Shown here piece by piece: positions 1 to 9,329 of a stretch of 48,882 bases of DNA. How positions within the stretch are numbered: position 1 is the first letter of the stretch; the number at the start of each line of letters is the position of its first letter. The stretch is taken from NCBI GenBank assembly GCA_026196545.1, contig JAPHSZ010000128.1, positions 1-48,882 on the forward strand, in the 5' to 3' direction. Under the pieces are notes generated by a model that was not told the origin of the DNA, did no database searches, and saw only the letters and a list, made by a program, of their open reading frames with translations. Source of the stretch: Gammaproteobacteria bacterium (GTDB lineage Bacteria; Pseudomonadota; Gammaproteobacteria; SZUA-229). Both the position numbers and the translations under genes were made by a program.

Positions 1-1376
1 AAGAAAAAGTACGCTACCGCGGTGTTAAGCGCGATGACAACACGCTGCACATTGAGTTTCGTGATGCGGACAATTTAGAAAAAGCATTACCTATACTCAA
101 AAGGCAATTCCGTCAGCTGGAATTTACCCAGCGTGATGAGCAGCTCAAGATCACGGCTCAATTAACCGAAGTGGCTATCCGCGACGAGAAAAAATTTGCC
201 CTGCAACAAAACATTATCACTTTGCGTAATCGTGTTAACGAACTCGGCGTGGCTGAACCCATTATCCAGCAGCAGGGTGATTCACGTATTGTCGTACAGC
301 TGCCGGGTGTACAGGATTCTGCCCGCGCCAAGGCCATTCTTGGTGGCACCGCGACACTTGAATTCAGGCTTACCGAAGGCGATGTTACAGACTGGTATGC
401 TGCGGAAGATTCAGGCCGTGTTCCAGTAAAAGCATTGCTATACCATGAACGTAATGGTAACCCGGTGTTACTGAGTCGCCGCGTTATTGTTACCGGTGAC
501 ATGATTACCGATGCCGCCTCAACCATTGATACAGAAAAAGGCGTGCCTGCAGTAAGCGTTAGCCTGAACGGCAAGGGCGCCAAAAAAATGAACGACACTA
601 CGCGCGAAAATGTCGGTCATAAAATGGCGGTAGTCTTCATTGAAACCAAAATCGATACCAAACAGGTCGGTGACGAAATGGTGAAGCAGCGTAGCACCAC
701 AAAAGAAGTGATTAACGTTGCCACCATCCAGGGTGTATTTGGTGCCAGGTTCCAGATAACCGGCATGGAGTCACAGGAAGCACGAGACCTTTCTTTGTTG
801 CTTCGTGCAGGTTCACTCAGGGCGCCGGTAGAAATTATTGAAGAGCGCACTATTGGCCCAAGCCTGGGGGCCGATAATATCAATCAGGGCTTCCGTTCTG
901 TGATGATCGGTTTTGTACTGGTGCTTATATTCATGGCGGTTTATTACAGGGCCTTTGGCTTGATTGCCAATGTTGCACTGACCGTTAACCTGATATTGCT
1001 AATCGCGATTCTCTCAATATTGCAGGCCACCTTAACCTTGCCCGGTATTGCCGGTATTGTATTAACCGTGGGTATGGCGGTGGATGCTAACGTGCTGATC
1101 TTTGAACGCATAAGGGAAGAGTTGCGCAACGGCAATTCAATCCAGGCCAGTATTCACGCCGGTTATGAAAAGGCCTTTAGCACCATTACTGATGCCAACA
1201 TTACTACTTTGATCGCTGCCGTTGTTTTATTCAGCCTTGGCACCGGCCCGATCAAGGGCTTCGCTGTTACCCTAAGCATAGGCATCATCACATCAATGTT
1301 TACCGCCATAGTAGGAACACGCGCTATTGTGAATCTCGTTTATGGCAACCGTAACCTTGACAAAATATCAATATAA
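1..1376 (+). CDS. secD: Protein translocase subunit SecD, 5'-truncated by the window edge
   Basis: Frame 3 is open from nt 3 to the stop at 1374-1376, so the ORF-track start at 171 is an internal GTG. The translation shows the SecD periplasmic head followed by the RND-like membrane half (GPSLGADNINQG, AGIVLTVGMAVDANVLIFERIREE). secF follows 15 nt downstream. Confidence 0.9.
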   Translation, partial: EKVRYRGVKRDDNTLHIEFRDADNLEKALPILKRQFRQLEFTQRDEQLKITAQLTEVAIRDEKKFALQQNIITLRNRVNELGVAEPIIQQQGDSRIVVQLPGVQDSARAKAILGGTATLEFRLTEGDVTDWYAAEDSGRVPVKALLYHERNGNPVLLSRRVIVTGDMITDAASTIDTEKGVPAVSVSLNGKGAKKMNDTTRENVGHKMAVVFIETKIDTKQVGDEMVKQRSTTKEVINVATIQGVFGARFQITGMESQEARDLSLLLRAGSLRAPVEIIEERTIGPSLGADNINQGFRSVMIGFVLVLIFMAVYYRAFGLIANVALTVNLILLIAILSILQATLTLPGIAGIVLTVGMAVDANVLIFERIREELRNGNSIQASIHAGYEKAFSTITDANITTLIAAVVLFSLGTGPIKGFAVTLSIGIITSMFTAIVGTRAIVNLVYGNRNLDKISI

Positions 1377-1391
1377 AAAGAATCGAAACCT

Positions 1392-2327
1392 ATGAAATTT
1401 TTACACGGAAAATTAAATATTGATTTTATGAGCAAGCGCAAAATCGCGCTGGCAACATCTTTATTATTAATTATTTTATCTATCGGCAGCCTTGCTAAAA
1501 ATGGCCTTAATTTTGGTATCGATTTTACCGGTGGTTATTTGATTGAAGTTGGCTATCCCGGTGATGCAGATATCGAATCCATTCGCAACGCACTAGCTGA
1601 CAACAACTTTAAAGATGCTCAGGTGCAGAACTTCGGTACCAGCAAAGATGTTCTGATACGCATCGCGCCTTCCAGTAATATAAACAAGGCCAGTATCAGC
1701 GATGAAATACTCGCTACCCTGAAGCAGGGTAGCGAGCAGGCTATTGAAATGCGCCGCGTTGAATTCGTTGGTCCGCAGGTAGGCGCTGAGCTGCGTGACC
1801 AGGGCGGCATGGCCATGCTGGTCGCGCTGTTTTTTATTCTCGTTTATGTCAGTCTTCGTTTTCAGTTTAAATCTGCCGTGGGCGCCATTCTGGCGTTGAT
1901 ACACGATGTGATAATTACTGTAGGCTGCTTTTCAATTCTTCAACTGGATTTTGATTTGAGTGTGCTTGCTGCCATCCTTGCAATTATCGGTTATTCATTA
2001 AATGATACCGTTGTAGTGCTGGACCGCATTCGTGAAACATTTAGAAATGTCAGAAAGAGCACACCTGGTGATATTATTAACCTCTCCATCAACCAGACAT
2101 TGTCTCGTACCTTAATGACATCATTGACAACCTTAATAGTTCTGTTTGCATTATTTTTCCTCGGCGGTGAAGTGATTCACGGCTTTGCATCAGCGCTCAT
2201 TATCGGTGTCGTTATCGGTACTTATTCATCTATCTATGTCGCGAGTAGCACGCTGATGGCAATGAATATTACCAAGCAGGACTTCCTGATTCAGACAAAA
2301 GAAGAAGTTGTTGATGACAGGCCGTAA
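1392..2327 (+). CDS. secF: Protein translocase subunit SecF
   Basis: 311 aa. N-terminal TM helix, GIDFTGG motif, and a C-terminal multi-TM block with GYSLNDTVVVLDRIRE. Lies directly after secD. Confidence 0.9.
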   Translation: MKFLHGKLNIDFMSKRKIALATSLLLIILSIGSLAKNGLNFGIDFTGGYLIEVGYPGDADIESIRNALADNNFKDAQVQNFGTSKDVLIRIAPSSNINKASISDEILATLKQGSEQAIEMRRVEFVGPQVGAELRDQGGMAMLVALFFILVYVSLRFQFKSAVGAILALIHDVIITVGCFSILQLDFDLSVLAAILAIIGYSLNDTVVVLDRIRETFRNVRKSTPGDIINLSINQTLSRTLMTSLTTLIVLFALFFLGGEVIHGFASALIIGVVIGTYSSIYVASSTLMAMNITKQDFLIQTKEEVVDDRP

Positions 2328-2366
2328 ATAAAAAATATTATTAATAATAAAAACAAAAAAGAAATT

Positions 2367-3281
2367 ATGCATGAAAAAGCGCTCAACATGATTACTTCCA
2401 TTAACTACAAAAGTTACTGGACATTATGCAAACCAAAAGTAGTCGCACTGATTATTTTTACCGCCGTTGTCGGCATGTTACTGGCTTCACCTGACAGCAT
2501 TCCATGGCACGCCCTGTTTTTTGGTACGCTGGGCATTGGTATCGGTGCTGCATCAGGTGCGGCAATGAACCACTGGGTAGACTTTCGTATCGACGGGGTA
2601 ATGGATCGCACCAGTGACCGCCCATTACCACAGGGTGACTTACCCCCTTACGCGGCGCTTATATTTTCATTAGTGCTCGCCGTCATATCCAGTTTCATAC
2701 TCGTTGTATTTGTAAATAATATCACCGCCGTGCTGACCTTCCTGTCATTAATCGGTTACGCGGTTATTTACACCATGTACCTCAAAAGAACAACGCCCAT
2801 GAATATTGTACTGGGTGGGGCAGCGGGTGCCGCACCGCCATTACTGGGCTGGGCAGCGGTAACCAATGAAGTGCCGGCAGAAGCGCTACTGTTGTTTTTA
2901 ATAATATTCGTATGGACACCGCCGCATTTCTGGGCGCTGGCGATAAAACGGCGTGAAGAATACCGTGCTGCTGGCATTCCGATGCTGCCCGTGACGCACG
3001 GTGTAGGCGTGACCAAATATCAAATTCTTTTGTATACCATTTTGCTGGTTGTGATTTCTGTACTGCCATTTTTTATTCAAATGAGCGGCCTGATTTATCT
3101 TAGTGGCGCTATTGCACTGGGCATTGGTTTTCTTTATTACGCGATCAAACTGTACCGTGAAGGAACTGATGAGATAGCAATGAAAACCTTTGGCTACTCA
3201 ATTTTATACCTGAGTCTGCTTTTTGGTTTCCTGTTGCTCGACCACTACGCAAGATTGATTATTCGCACCTACTTTATGTAG
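2367..3281 (+). CDS. cyoE: Protoheme IX farnesyltransferase (heme O synthase, CyoE/CtaB; UbiA family)
   Basis: 304-aa polytopic protein with the UbiA-type Asp-rich motif NHWVDFRIDGVMDRTSDRPLP and the WTPPHFWALA motif typical of heme O synthases. An alternative ATG lies at 2388. Confidence 0.85.
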   Translation: MHEKALNMITSINYKSYWTLCKPKVVALIIFTAVVGMLLASPDSIPWHALFFGTLGIGIGAASGAAMNHWVDFRIDGVMDRTSDRPLPQGDLPPYAALIFSLVLAVISSFILVVFVNNITAVLTFLSLIGYAVIYTMYLKRTTPMNIVLGGAAGAAPPLLGWAAVTNEVPAEALLLFLIIFVWTPPHFWALAIKRREEYRAAGIPMLPVTHGVGVTKYQILLYTILLVVISVLPFFIQMSGLIYLSGAIALGIGFLYYAIKLYREGTDEIAMKTFGYSILYLSLLFGFLLLDHYARLIIRTYFM

Positions 3282-3292
3282 CCATAAGTTTA

Positions 3293-3328
3293 AAAAACCA
3301 TTAAGAGAAAGATTTCTTGATGGTTTTT
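3293..3328. terminator. AT-rich hairpin between convergent genes (possible bidirectional terminator)
   Basis: aaaaaccat (3293-3301) pairs with atggttttt (3320-3328). An inner aaga/tctt pairing is present. A-run and T-run arms could serve either strand. The stem is weak and GC-poor. Confidence 0.3.
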
Positions 3329-3343
3329 CAGGAGAGGGCGGCC

Positions 3344-4732
3344 TTAGCCCTTTGCCGGCAACATCGCCTTAATAGCAACAACGACAAAGATCAGACCACC
3401 AATAATCGCAATCAAGCCGCCCAGTCCCATCATCGCCATGCCGGCGATCTCGGGCAGGTTTTCGAGTCCCTGTTCAGCACCTGCCGTTTTACGCTGTACG
3501 CCATAACCGCCAGACCAGGCCAGGCCAAGAATATGCATCATCTGGCCGCCACCATAAATCCAGGGCTGGATTCTGGCCGCGCGTGTTGTTGCCGGGCGAA
3601 AACCCAGTTTTGGCAGCAGGTAATAAGTCAGCCCCATGAAGGCCAGTGTGACGCCAACGATAGAACCATGGTAGTGCGCAGGTATCACCACATTCACGCC
3701 TTCAATCATAAAACCAAGAATGCCACCGGCTCCAAATAAAATGATTGAAGCCAGTAATGCGTTGCGAGCAGGGCGATGGGCATCATCAACCCCACGCGTA
3801 GAAAATACGCTAAAGATCACAATTAATGACAAAGGCAATGTTGCCAGGCCACCGTAGCGCATCAGTTGGGTAAAACCATCCCTGTGCTCCTGTGAGGTAA
3901 TGTCGTACATCAGGTATAGCGGTATGGCAAAAAACACCGGTGCGACTGCAATTGCAAACAGGATTCGAAGTGTTGTGGGGGCTATATTGATGCCGGAACC
4001 AGTCGCAGAAGCCAGCCAGAGCCATACCAGCAATACCATAACGCTGTGGGTAAACTGCAGCACATGACCACCACCCCAAAACAGGGCCTCAAAATCTGCA
4101 ACTTCCTCCAGCACACCTGTCAGGCCTGAATAAGAGGCTGCCAGAGCCACGATGGAAAGCAGTGCGGCAATAGCCGCCATTTTCAATGCAAAGGGCAATG
4201 CCGAAGATGTCTGATCTTTTGAGGCGAAAAACAGGGCTCGCAGAACCAGCAGTGAAAAACCAGCAGCAAATAACAACAGCGCCGTAAAAAACACCGGATG
4301 CACCAGAACCGGCACATAATTATTCATTAGAGGCTTATCTGCACCCAGAAACGGCGCGATAGCGATAATGACCGTACCGGCGACACAAAGCCAGAAACTT
4401 AGTTTCGCCATCGAAAGCAGTCGGCCATTATCGAGCAAAGCCCAGATCACGCCTTCAAAGGCCAGGAACCAGATCAAAACCGAAAGGTCGACATGAATAA
4501 CCAGTGCAATATGAAAGAAATCCAGCAGGGGAATCATGTCCTGTATCGCAGGTGTTCTGGACAGCACCAGCAAGATTGAATAAAAACCCGAGGCCACCAG
4601 CGCCGATATACCCAGCGTCAGCCACATGCGTGCCAGTCTGGTTCGTGATGTATTATCCGCAGGGTTCTGGGCCGGGTTATCAATGTGTAATTCTAGCGCT
4701 GTGTTATTCATAGCAAATTCATTCTCAGACAA
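3344..4732 (-). CDS. Polytopic membrane protein with heme-copper-oxidase subunit I-like motifs (divergent)
   Basis: 462 aa, about 12 hydrophobic helices, no signal peptide. FWGGGHVLQF resembles the CuB-His helix and VIPAHYHGSIVG resembles the H-x-H heme-ligand helix. No adjacent HH pair occurs anywhere in the protein. Convergent with the heme O synthase gene. The ORF-track start is TTG (4732); ATG at 4711 is an alternative. Confidence 0.4.
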   Translation of the reverse strand: MSENEFAMNNTALELHIDNPAQNPADNTSRTRLARMWLTLGISALVASGFYSILLVLSRTPAIQDMIPLLDFFHIALVIHVDLSVLIWFLAFEGVIWALLDNGRLLSMAKLSFWLCVAGTVIIAIAPFLGADKPLMNNYVPVLVHPVFFTALLLFAAGFSLLVLRALFFASKDQTSSALPFALKMAAIAALLSIVALAASYSGLTGVLEEVADFEALFWGGGHVLQFTHSVMVLLVWLWLASATGSGINIAPTTLRILFAIAVAPVFFAIPLYLMYDITSQEHRDGFTQLMRYGGLATLPLSLIVIFSVFSTRGVDDAHRPARNALLASIILFGAGGILGFMIEGVNVVIPAHYHGSIVGVTLAFMGLTYYLLPKLGFRPATTRAARIQPWIYGGGQMMHILGLAWSGGYGVQRKTAGAEQGLENLPEIAGMAMMGLGGLIAIIGGLIFVVVAIKAMLPAKG

Positions 4733-4960
4733 AATAAAACGAGGTGAATTCTAACAGAGCAGAGCCATGGCTAACACATTGAATATTTTATATATTCCCG
4801 ATATTTACCTGCATTTACTCTATTTAACATAATATACATTATGCGCATGTATGGGTATGACTGGCACTGGTACAGGGCAATCCGCAATATAGCCCTTGTT
4901 TTTAGTGTTAAGGACTGGATAATGCTCGCTTTCATACAAATACAGCGTTAATCATTACCC

Positions 4961-7900
4961 GTGTTAAAACCTCTGTTACCCAGCACTACCACGACTGCCG
5001 TTAACTGGAGCCGTCTGTATGGCAGTTCCTTTGCACTGGCGATTGTTGAAGCATCGAAATTGCACAGCCAGGGACCGCTGGTGATTATTGTTGAGGATAT
5101 TGCCCACGCGGATGCACTGAAAAATGAAATTGAATTCTATGGTTCTTCGTCGATCAATATCTTCCATCTGCCGGACTGGGAAACGCTGCCATACGATGTT
5201 TTCTCACCACATCAGGACATCGTCTCAGAGCGCCTGAAAACGCTTTACCAGCTTCAGAATATCCAGGCTGGTGATATTTTGTTACTGCCGGTTACGACGC
5301 TGCTACAGAAGCTCACGCCGAAGAAATACATTAGTGAAAGCGTTCTAATTTTCAAACCGGGCCAGAAACTCGATACGCACGAGTTTAGAACCAGTCTAGA
5401 ATCGGCCGGTTATCTTTATGTGTCCCAGGTTATGGAACACGGCGAATTTACCGTACGTGGCTCGATCATTGATATTTTTCCGACCGGTTCAGCGACACCG
5501 TTCAGGATCGACCTGTTTGATGATGAAATTGAATCCATCAGGGACTTTGACCCCAATAACCAACGTTCAGATAAAAAAATTGAGGCTATTGAGTTATTGC
5601 CGGCGCGGGAATTTCCTACCGACAAGGAAGGCATAAAATTATTCCGGGAAAACTACCGCCAGCAGATTGTCGGCGACCCTTTGCAAAGCATCATTTATAA
5701 CAATATTAGCGATGGCCTTATTCCAACAGGAATTGAATATTATTTGCCGCTATTTTTTAATGCGCTTGAGACTGCTTTTGATTACATTCCCGATGGCAGC
5801 CTGTTTATTCAGCCTGATAATCTGGGTGAAATAATTGATTTATTTACACAGGATTTAGAAGCGCGTTATGAACAGCGCAAACACGATGTTGAGCGCCCTA
5901 TTCTGCCTCCGCAATCAATCTTCCTTGAAGATGAGGAAATTGAGCAAAGGATTGGCGGTTATGCTCGCATTAAGGTAACAAAATACAGCAGCATTGATAA
6001 TGAAACTGACTTTGCTGTAAAAAGGCCACCCGAACTAAAACTCAATACCCAAAGTGAAGATCCATCATCTGCTCTTACTACTTTCCTGCAGGAATATACC
6101 GGTCGAATACTTTTTGCCGCTGAGACACCGGGGCGTCGAGAAATAATTACCGACCTGTTACGCAGTCATCATATTTATCCAAAACTCTGTGAAACCTGGG
6201 ATGAGTTTGTTGAAGCTGAAGAACCAGTATGTCTGACTGTATTTGAAATAGAAAACGGTCTTAGCTTAATTGAACCTGAACTGTGCCTTATCACTGAGCC
6301 ACAGATTTATGGCCAACGCGCGATTCAGAAAAGGCGCCGGAAAAAACGCGGCCTGGATTCTGATGCCGTTGTCAAAAACCTGACCGACCTTAATATCGGC
6401 TCACCGGTTGTGCATCTTGATCACGGTGTTGGACGTTACCTTGGCCTGCAGAAACTTTCTGGCGCAGGATTTGATACCGAGTTTTTAACCATTGAATATG
6501 CCGGTGGCGACAAACTTTATGTGCCTGTTTCATCGCTGCATCTTATCAGTCGATACACGGGCGCATCACAGGAACATGCACCTTTACACCGGCTTGGCAG
6601 CGAGCAATGGCAAAAAGCCAAGCGCAAGGCCATAGAAAAGGCACGTGATGTAGCCGCCGAGTTATTAGACATTCATGCACGACGTGCTGCCGCCAAAGGA
6701 AAAAAATACGACATCAACCATGATGAGTACCAGAGCTTCTGTAATGGTTTTCCTTTTGAGGAAACCGAAGACCAGGAGACCGCTATTTTAAGCGTGCTGG
6801 AAGATTTAAGCAGCCCTACTCCAATGGATCGCGTTGTTTGTGGTGACGTCGGCTTTGGCAAAACAGAAGTAGCCATGCGTGCTGCTTTTGCAGTTGCAAA
6901 CACGGGCAAACAGGTAGCAATACTGGTTCCAACCACCCTGCTCGCACAACAACATTATCAGAATTTCAGCGATCGCTTTGCCGACTGGCCAATAAAGGTT
7001 GAAGGCCTGACACGATTTAATAGCGCAAAAAAACAGCAGGCTATTCTCGATGACCTGGCCGTCGGTAAAGTTGATATTGTGGTCGGTACCCACAAGCTGC
7101 TGCAAAAAAGCGTCAAGTTCAAGGACCTTGGTCTGGTTATCATTGATGAAGAGCACCGCTTTGGTGTTAAGCATAAAGAACAGATGAAGTCACTGCGTTC
7201 GGAAGTTGATATTCTGACGCTGACGGCCACACCTATTCCAAGAACACTGAACATGTCTTTGTCCGGCATACGCGACCTTTCTATTATCGCTACCCCGCCG
7301 CATCATCGACATTCGATCAATACCTTTGTTGGTCAGTGGGATGAAGTCGCCATTAAAGAAGCCTGCCAGCGAGAATTAAAACGTGGTGGTCAAATTTACT
7401 TCCTGCACAACGAAGTTAAAACCATAGAAAAAACTACCAATGAATTAAAAGCATTATTACCCGAGGCAAAAATCGCCTTTGCCCACGGACAGATGCCGGA
7501 ACGAGAACTTGAACAGATCATGCTGGATTTTTACCACCAGCGATACAATATCCTCGTTGCTACCACTATCATCGAAAGCGGTATTGATGTACCTACAGCC
7601 AACACCATTATTATCAACAGGGCTGACAAATTAGGCCTGTCCCAACTGCATCAGATACGTGGCCGTGTTGGACGCTCTCACCACAAAGCCTATGCCTACC
7701 TGATCACGCCACCCGAATCACTGCTGACCGATGATGCCAAAAAGCGTCTCGATGCGATTGAGTCACTGGAAGACCTGGGTGTTGGCTTTACCCTGGCCAC
7801 CCACGACCTGGAAATCCGTGGAGCAGGAGAACTGCTGGGTGAAAACCAGAGCGGGCAAATCGCAGAAATTGGCTTTAGCCTGTACAGTGAGCTGCTGGAA

Positions 7901-8401
7901 AGAGCCGTTGAATCGCTAAAGAAAGGCGAAAGCAGTGACCTGCCTCTCAACTCAGGCATTGAAATAGATCTGGGTATGCCGGCCATTATTCCCGATGATT
8001 ACGTCCATGACATACACCTGCGCCTGATTCTCTATAAGCGCATCGCCAGCGCCAAAAACGCCGAAGAACTGGATGAGCTGCGAGTTGAGTTTATCGACCG
8101 CTTTGGGTTATTACCGGATAGCACCAGAAACCTGTTTGCCGTCACCGAAGTCAAACTGCAGGCCGAAAAGGCCGGTATCCTGAAAATCGACACCAACGAC
8201 AATGGCTTCAAGGTGGTTTTTACCGAACAACCCAACATTGACCCGGCAAAACTGATAGAGTTAATTCAAACCCAGTCTTCTATATACCAGTTCAATGGCA
8301 CCGACACTCTACGGGTTAGCTATGATATGGACGATGAAGATTACAGCAAACGAACAGAGGCAATTACTCAGGTAATTAGCACATTAATACCACAAGAATA
8401 A
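4961..8401 (+). CDS. mfd: Transcription-repair coupling factor Mfd
   Basis: 1146 aa with a GTG start. CarD/TRCF RNAP-interaction motif VVHLDHGVGRYLGL. SF2 helicase motifs GDVGFGKTEVA, IIDEEHRFG, LTATPIPRT and QLHQIRGRVGRS. Length and domain order match Mfd. Confidence 0.95.
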   Translation: MLKPLLPSTTTTAVNWSRLYGSSFALAIVEASKLHSQGPLVIIVEDIAHADALKNEIEFYGSSSINIFHLPDWETLPYDVFSPHQDIVSERLKTLYQLQNIQAGDILLLPVTTLLQKLTPKKYISESVLIFKPGQKLDTHEFRTSLESAGYLYVSQVMEHGEFTVRGSIIDIFPTGSATPFRIDLFDDEIESIRDFDPNNQRSDKKIEAIELLPAREFPTDKEGIKLFRENYRQQIVGDPLQSIIYNNISDGLIPTGIEYYLPLFFNALETAFDYIPDGSLFIQPDNLGEIIDLFTQDLEARYEQRKHDVERPILPPQSIFLEDEEIEQRIGGYARIKVTKYSSIDNETDFAVKRPPELKLNTQSEDPSSALTTFLQEYTGRILFAAETPGRREIITDLLRSHHIYPKLCETWDEFVEAEEPVCLTVFEIENGLSLIEPELCLITEPQIYGQRAIQKRRRKKRGLDSDAVVKNLTDLNIGSPVVHLDHGVGRYLGLQKLSGAGFDTEFLTIEYAGGDKLYVPVSSLHLISRYTGASQEHAPLHRLGSEQWQKAKRKAIEKARDVAAELLDIHARRAAAKGKKYDINHDEYQSFCNGFPFEETEDQETAILSVLEDLSSPTPMDRVVCGDVGFGKTEVAMRAAFAVANTGKQVAILVPTTLLAQQHYQNFSDRFADWPIKVEGLTRFNSAKKQQAILDDLAVGKVDIVVGTHKLLQKSVKFKDLGLVIIDEEHRFGVKHKEQMKSLRSEVDILTLTATPIPRTLNMSLSGIRDLSIIATPPHHRHSINTFVGQWDEVAIKEACQRELKRGGQIYFLHNEVKTIEKTTNELKALLPEAKIAFAHGQMPERELEQIMLDFYHQRYNILVATTIIESGIDVPTANTIIINRADKLGLSQLHQIRGRVGRSHHKAYAYLITPPESLLTDDAKKRLDAIESLEDLGVGFTLATHDLEIRGAGELLGENQSGQIAEIGFSLYSELLERAVESLKKGESSDLPLNSGIEIDLGMPAIIPDDYVHDIHLRLILYKRIASAKNAEELDELRVEFIDRFGLLPDSTRNLFAVTEVKLQAEKAGILKIDTNDNGFKVVFTEQPNIDPAKLIELIQTQSSIYQFNGTDTLRVSYDMDDEDYSKRTEAITQVISTLIPQE

Positions 8402-8413
8402 TATAATTGAGCA

Positions 8414-9175
8414 ATGCATAAGTTTATACCATTAACATTTAGCACACTATTACTGCTTCCAGCCATGCGCATTCATGCTGAAATAAACCAGTACAATGTC
8501 GAAATTGTCATTTTTGAAGACAGCTCCAGTCGCTATATTAATAGTGAACAATGGCCAGTGATAGGTCAGCCAGAGCCTGAACTGTATTCAGATGCTTTCA
8601 CTGTTGAATTAGAACCGCTGTCGTTAGAAGCTGAGCCTGAAAAAACCGAAGACTCAGAAATAAACAGTGTTATCGATATCGCTCACAACACCAGTTACAT
8701 ACTGAATGATCACGTTAAAAAACTTAATCGCTCAACCAGATACAATGTCCTGCTTCATCAGTCCTGGCAACAGACAGGACTTGATAGCACAAATGCAGTT
8801 AGTATGCCTGTTGATACCAGTGAAAAAAGCACTGCGATTAAAGACATAACCGTATTTAGTAATAATAGCACTGTAAAAACAAATGACCAGAACTCAAAAT
8901 CAAGCATCCAGGGAAGCATTAAACTTATCCTGGGGCGCTACCTGCATATCCATGCTGACTTAAACTACAAACGGATCAATAAATCGTATAGACCCAACTC
9001 CCCTATTCTGGATAACAGGAGGTTTCATGAATATAAAATAAAAGCAGAACGCAGAATGCGCAGCAATGAATTGCACTATATTGACCACCCGCTGCTGGGG
9101 ATTCTGGTCATAGTTACCCCGATAAAATCGGTAGCGCAAGAAGAAAAAACAAGGAACCTGTTGAACCGAAAATAG
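8414..9175 (+). CDS. csiV: CsiV-like periplasmic protein (DUF2803-type)
   Basis: 253 aa. Signal peptide (LLLLPAMRIHA|E), N-terminal YNVEIVIFED and C-terminal ELHYIDHPLLGILVIVTP motifs as I remember them for the CsiV family. Position immediately after mfd as in Vibrio. Assignment is from memory only. Confidence 0.5.
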   Translation: MHKFIPLTFSTLLLLPAMRIHAEINQYNVEIVIFEDSSSRYINSEQWPVIGQPEPELYSDAFTVELEPLSLEAEPEKTEDSEINSVIDIAHNTSYILNDHVKKLNRSTRYNVLLHQSWQQTGLDSTNAVSMPVDTSEKSTAIKDITVFSNNSTVKTNDQNSKSSIQGSIKLILGRYLHIHADLNYKRINKSYRPNSPILDNRRFHEYKIKAERRMRSNELHYIDHPLLGILVIVTPIKSVAQEEKTRNLLNRK

Positions 9176-9263
9176 TTCCGTAAAAGAAAAAAGTTTCAGG
9201 TGATACCTCTCAATAAAAACATAAATCAAACCAATAAGCTAACAGGAAAATTTATTCGACAAT

Positions 9264-9297
9264 AAAAAACGGATGCTAGATATAGCATCCGTTTTTT
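9264..9297. terminator. Bidirectional rho-independent terminator
   Basis: Perfect 9-bp stem cggatgcta (9270-9278) / tagcatccg (9283-9291) with loop gata. Flanked by an A-run (9264-9269) and a T-run (9292-9297). Sits between the convergent csiV-like and porin genes. Confidence 0.75.
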
Positions 9298-9329
9298 ATT
9301 TTTTATATCTTGATTTAAATTGAAAAAAT

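Noticed and set aside
3317-3739. 140-aa plus-strand ORF overlapping the 3' end of the HCO-like gene.
   Set aside because: It is antisense to a 462-aa membrane-protein gene. The translation is Arg/His/Gln-rich with no features. It is a shadow ORF.
4862-4867. TGGCAC hexamer on the plus strand about 95 nt upstream of mfd, a possible sigma-54 -24 box.
   Set aside because: The position 12 nt downstream reads GG, not GC (TGGCACTGGTACAGGG). With no -12 element, it is a chance hexamer.
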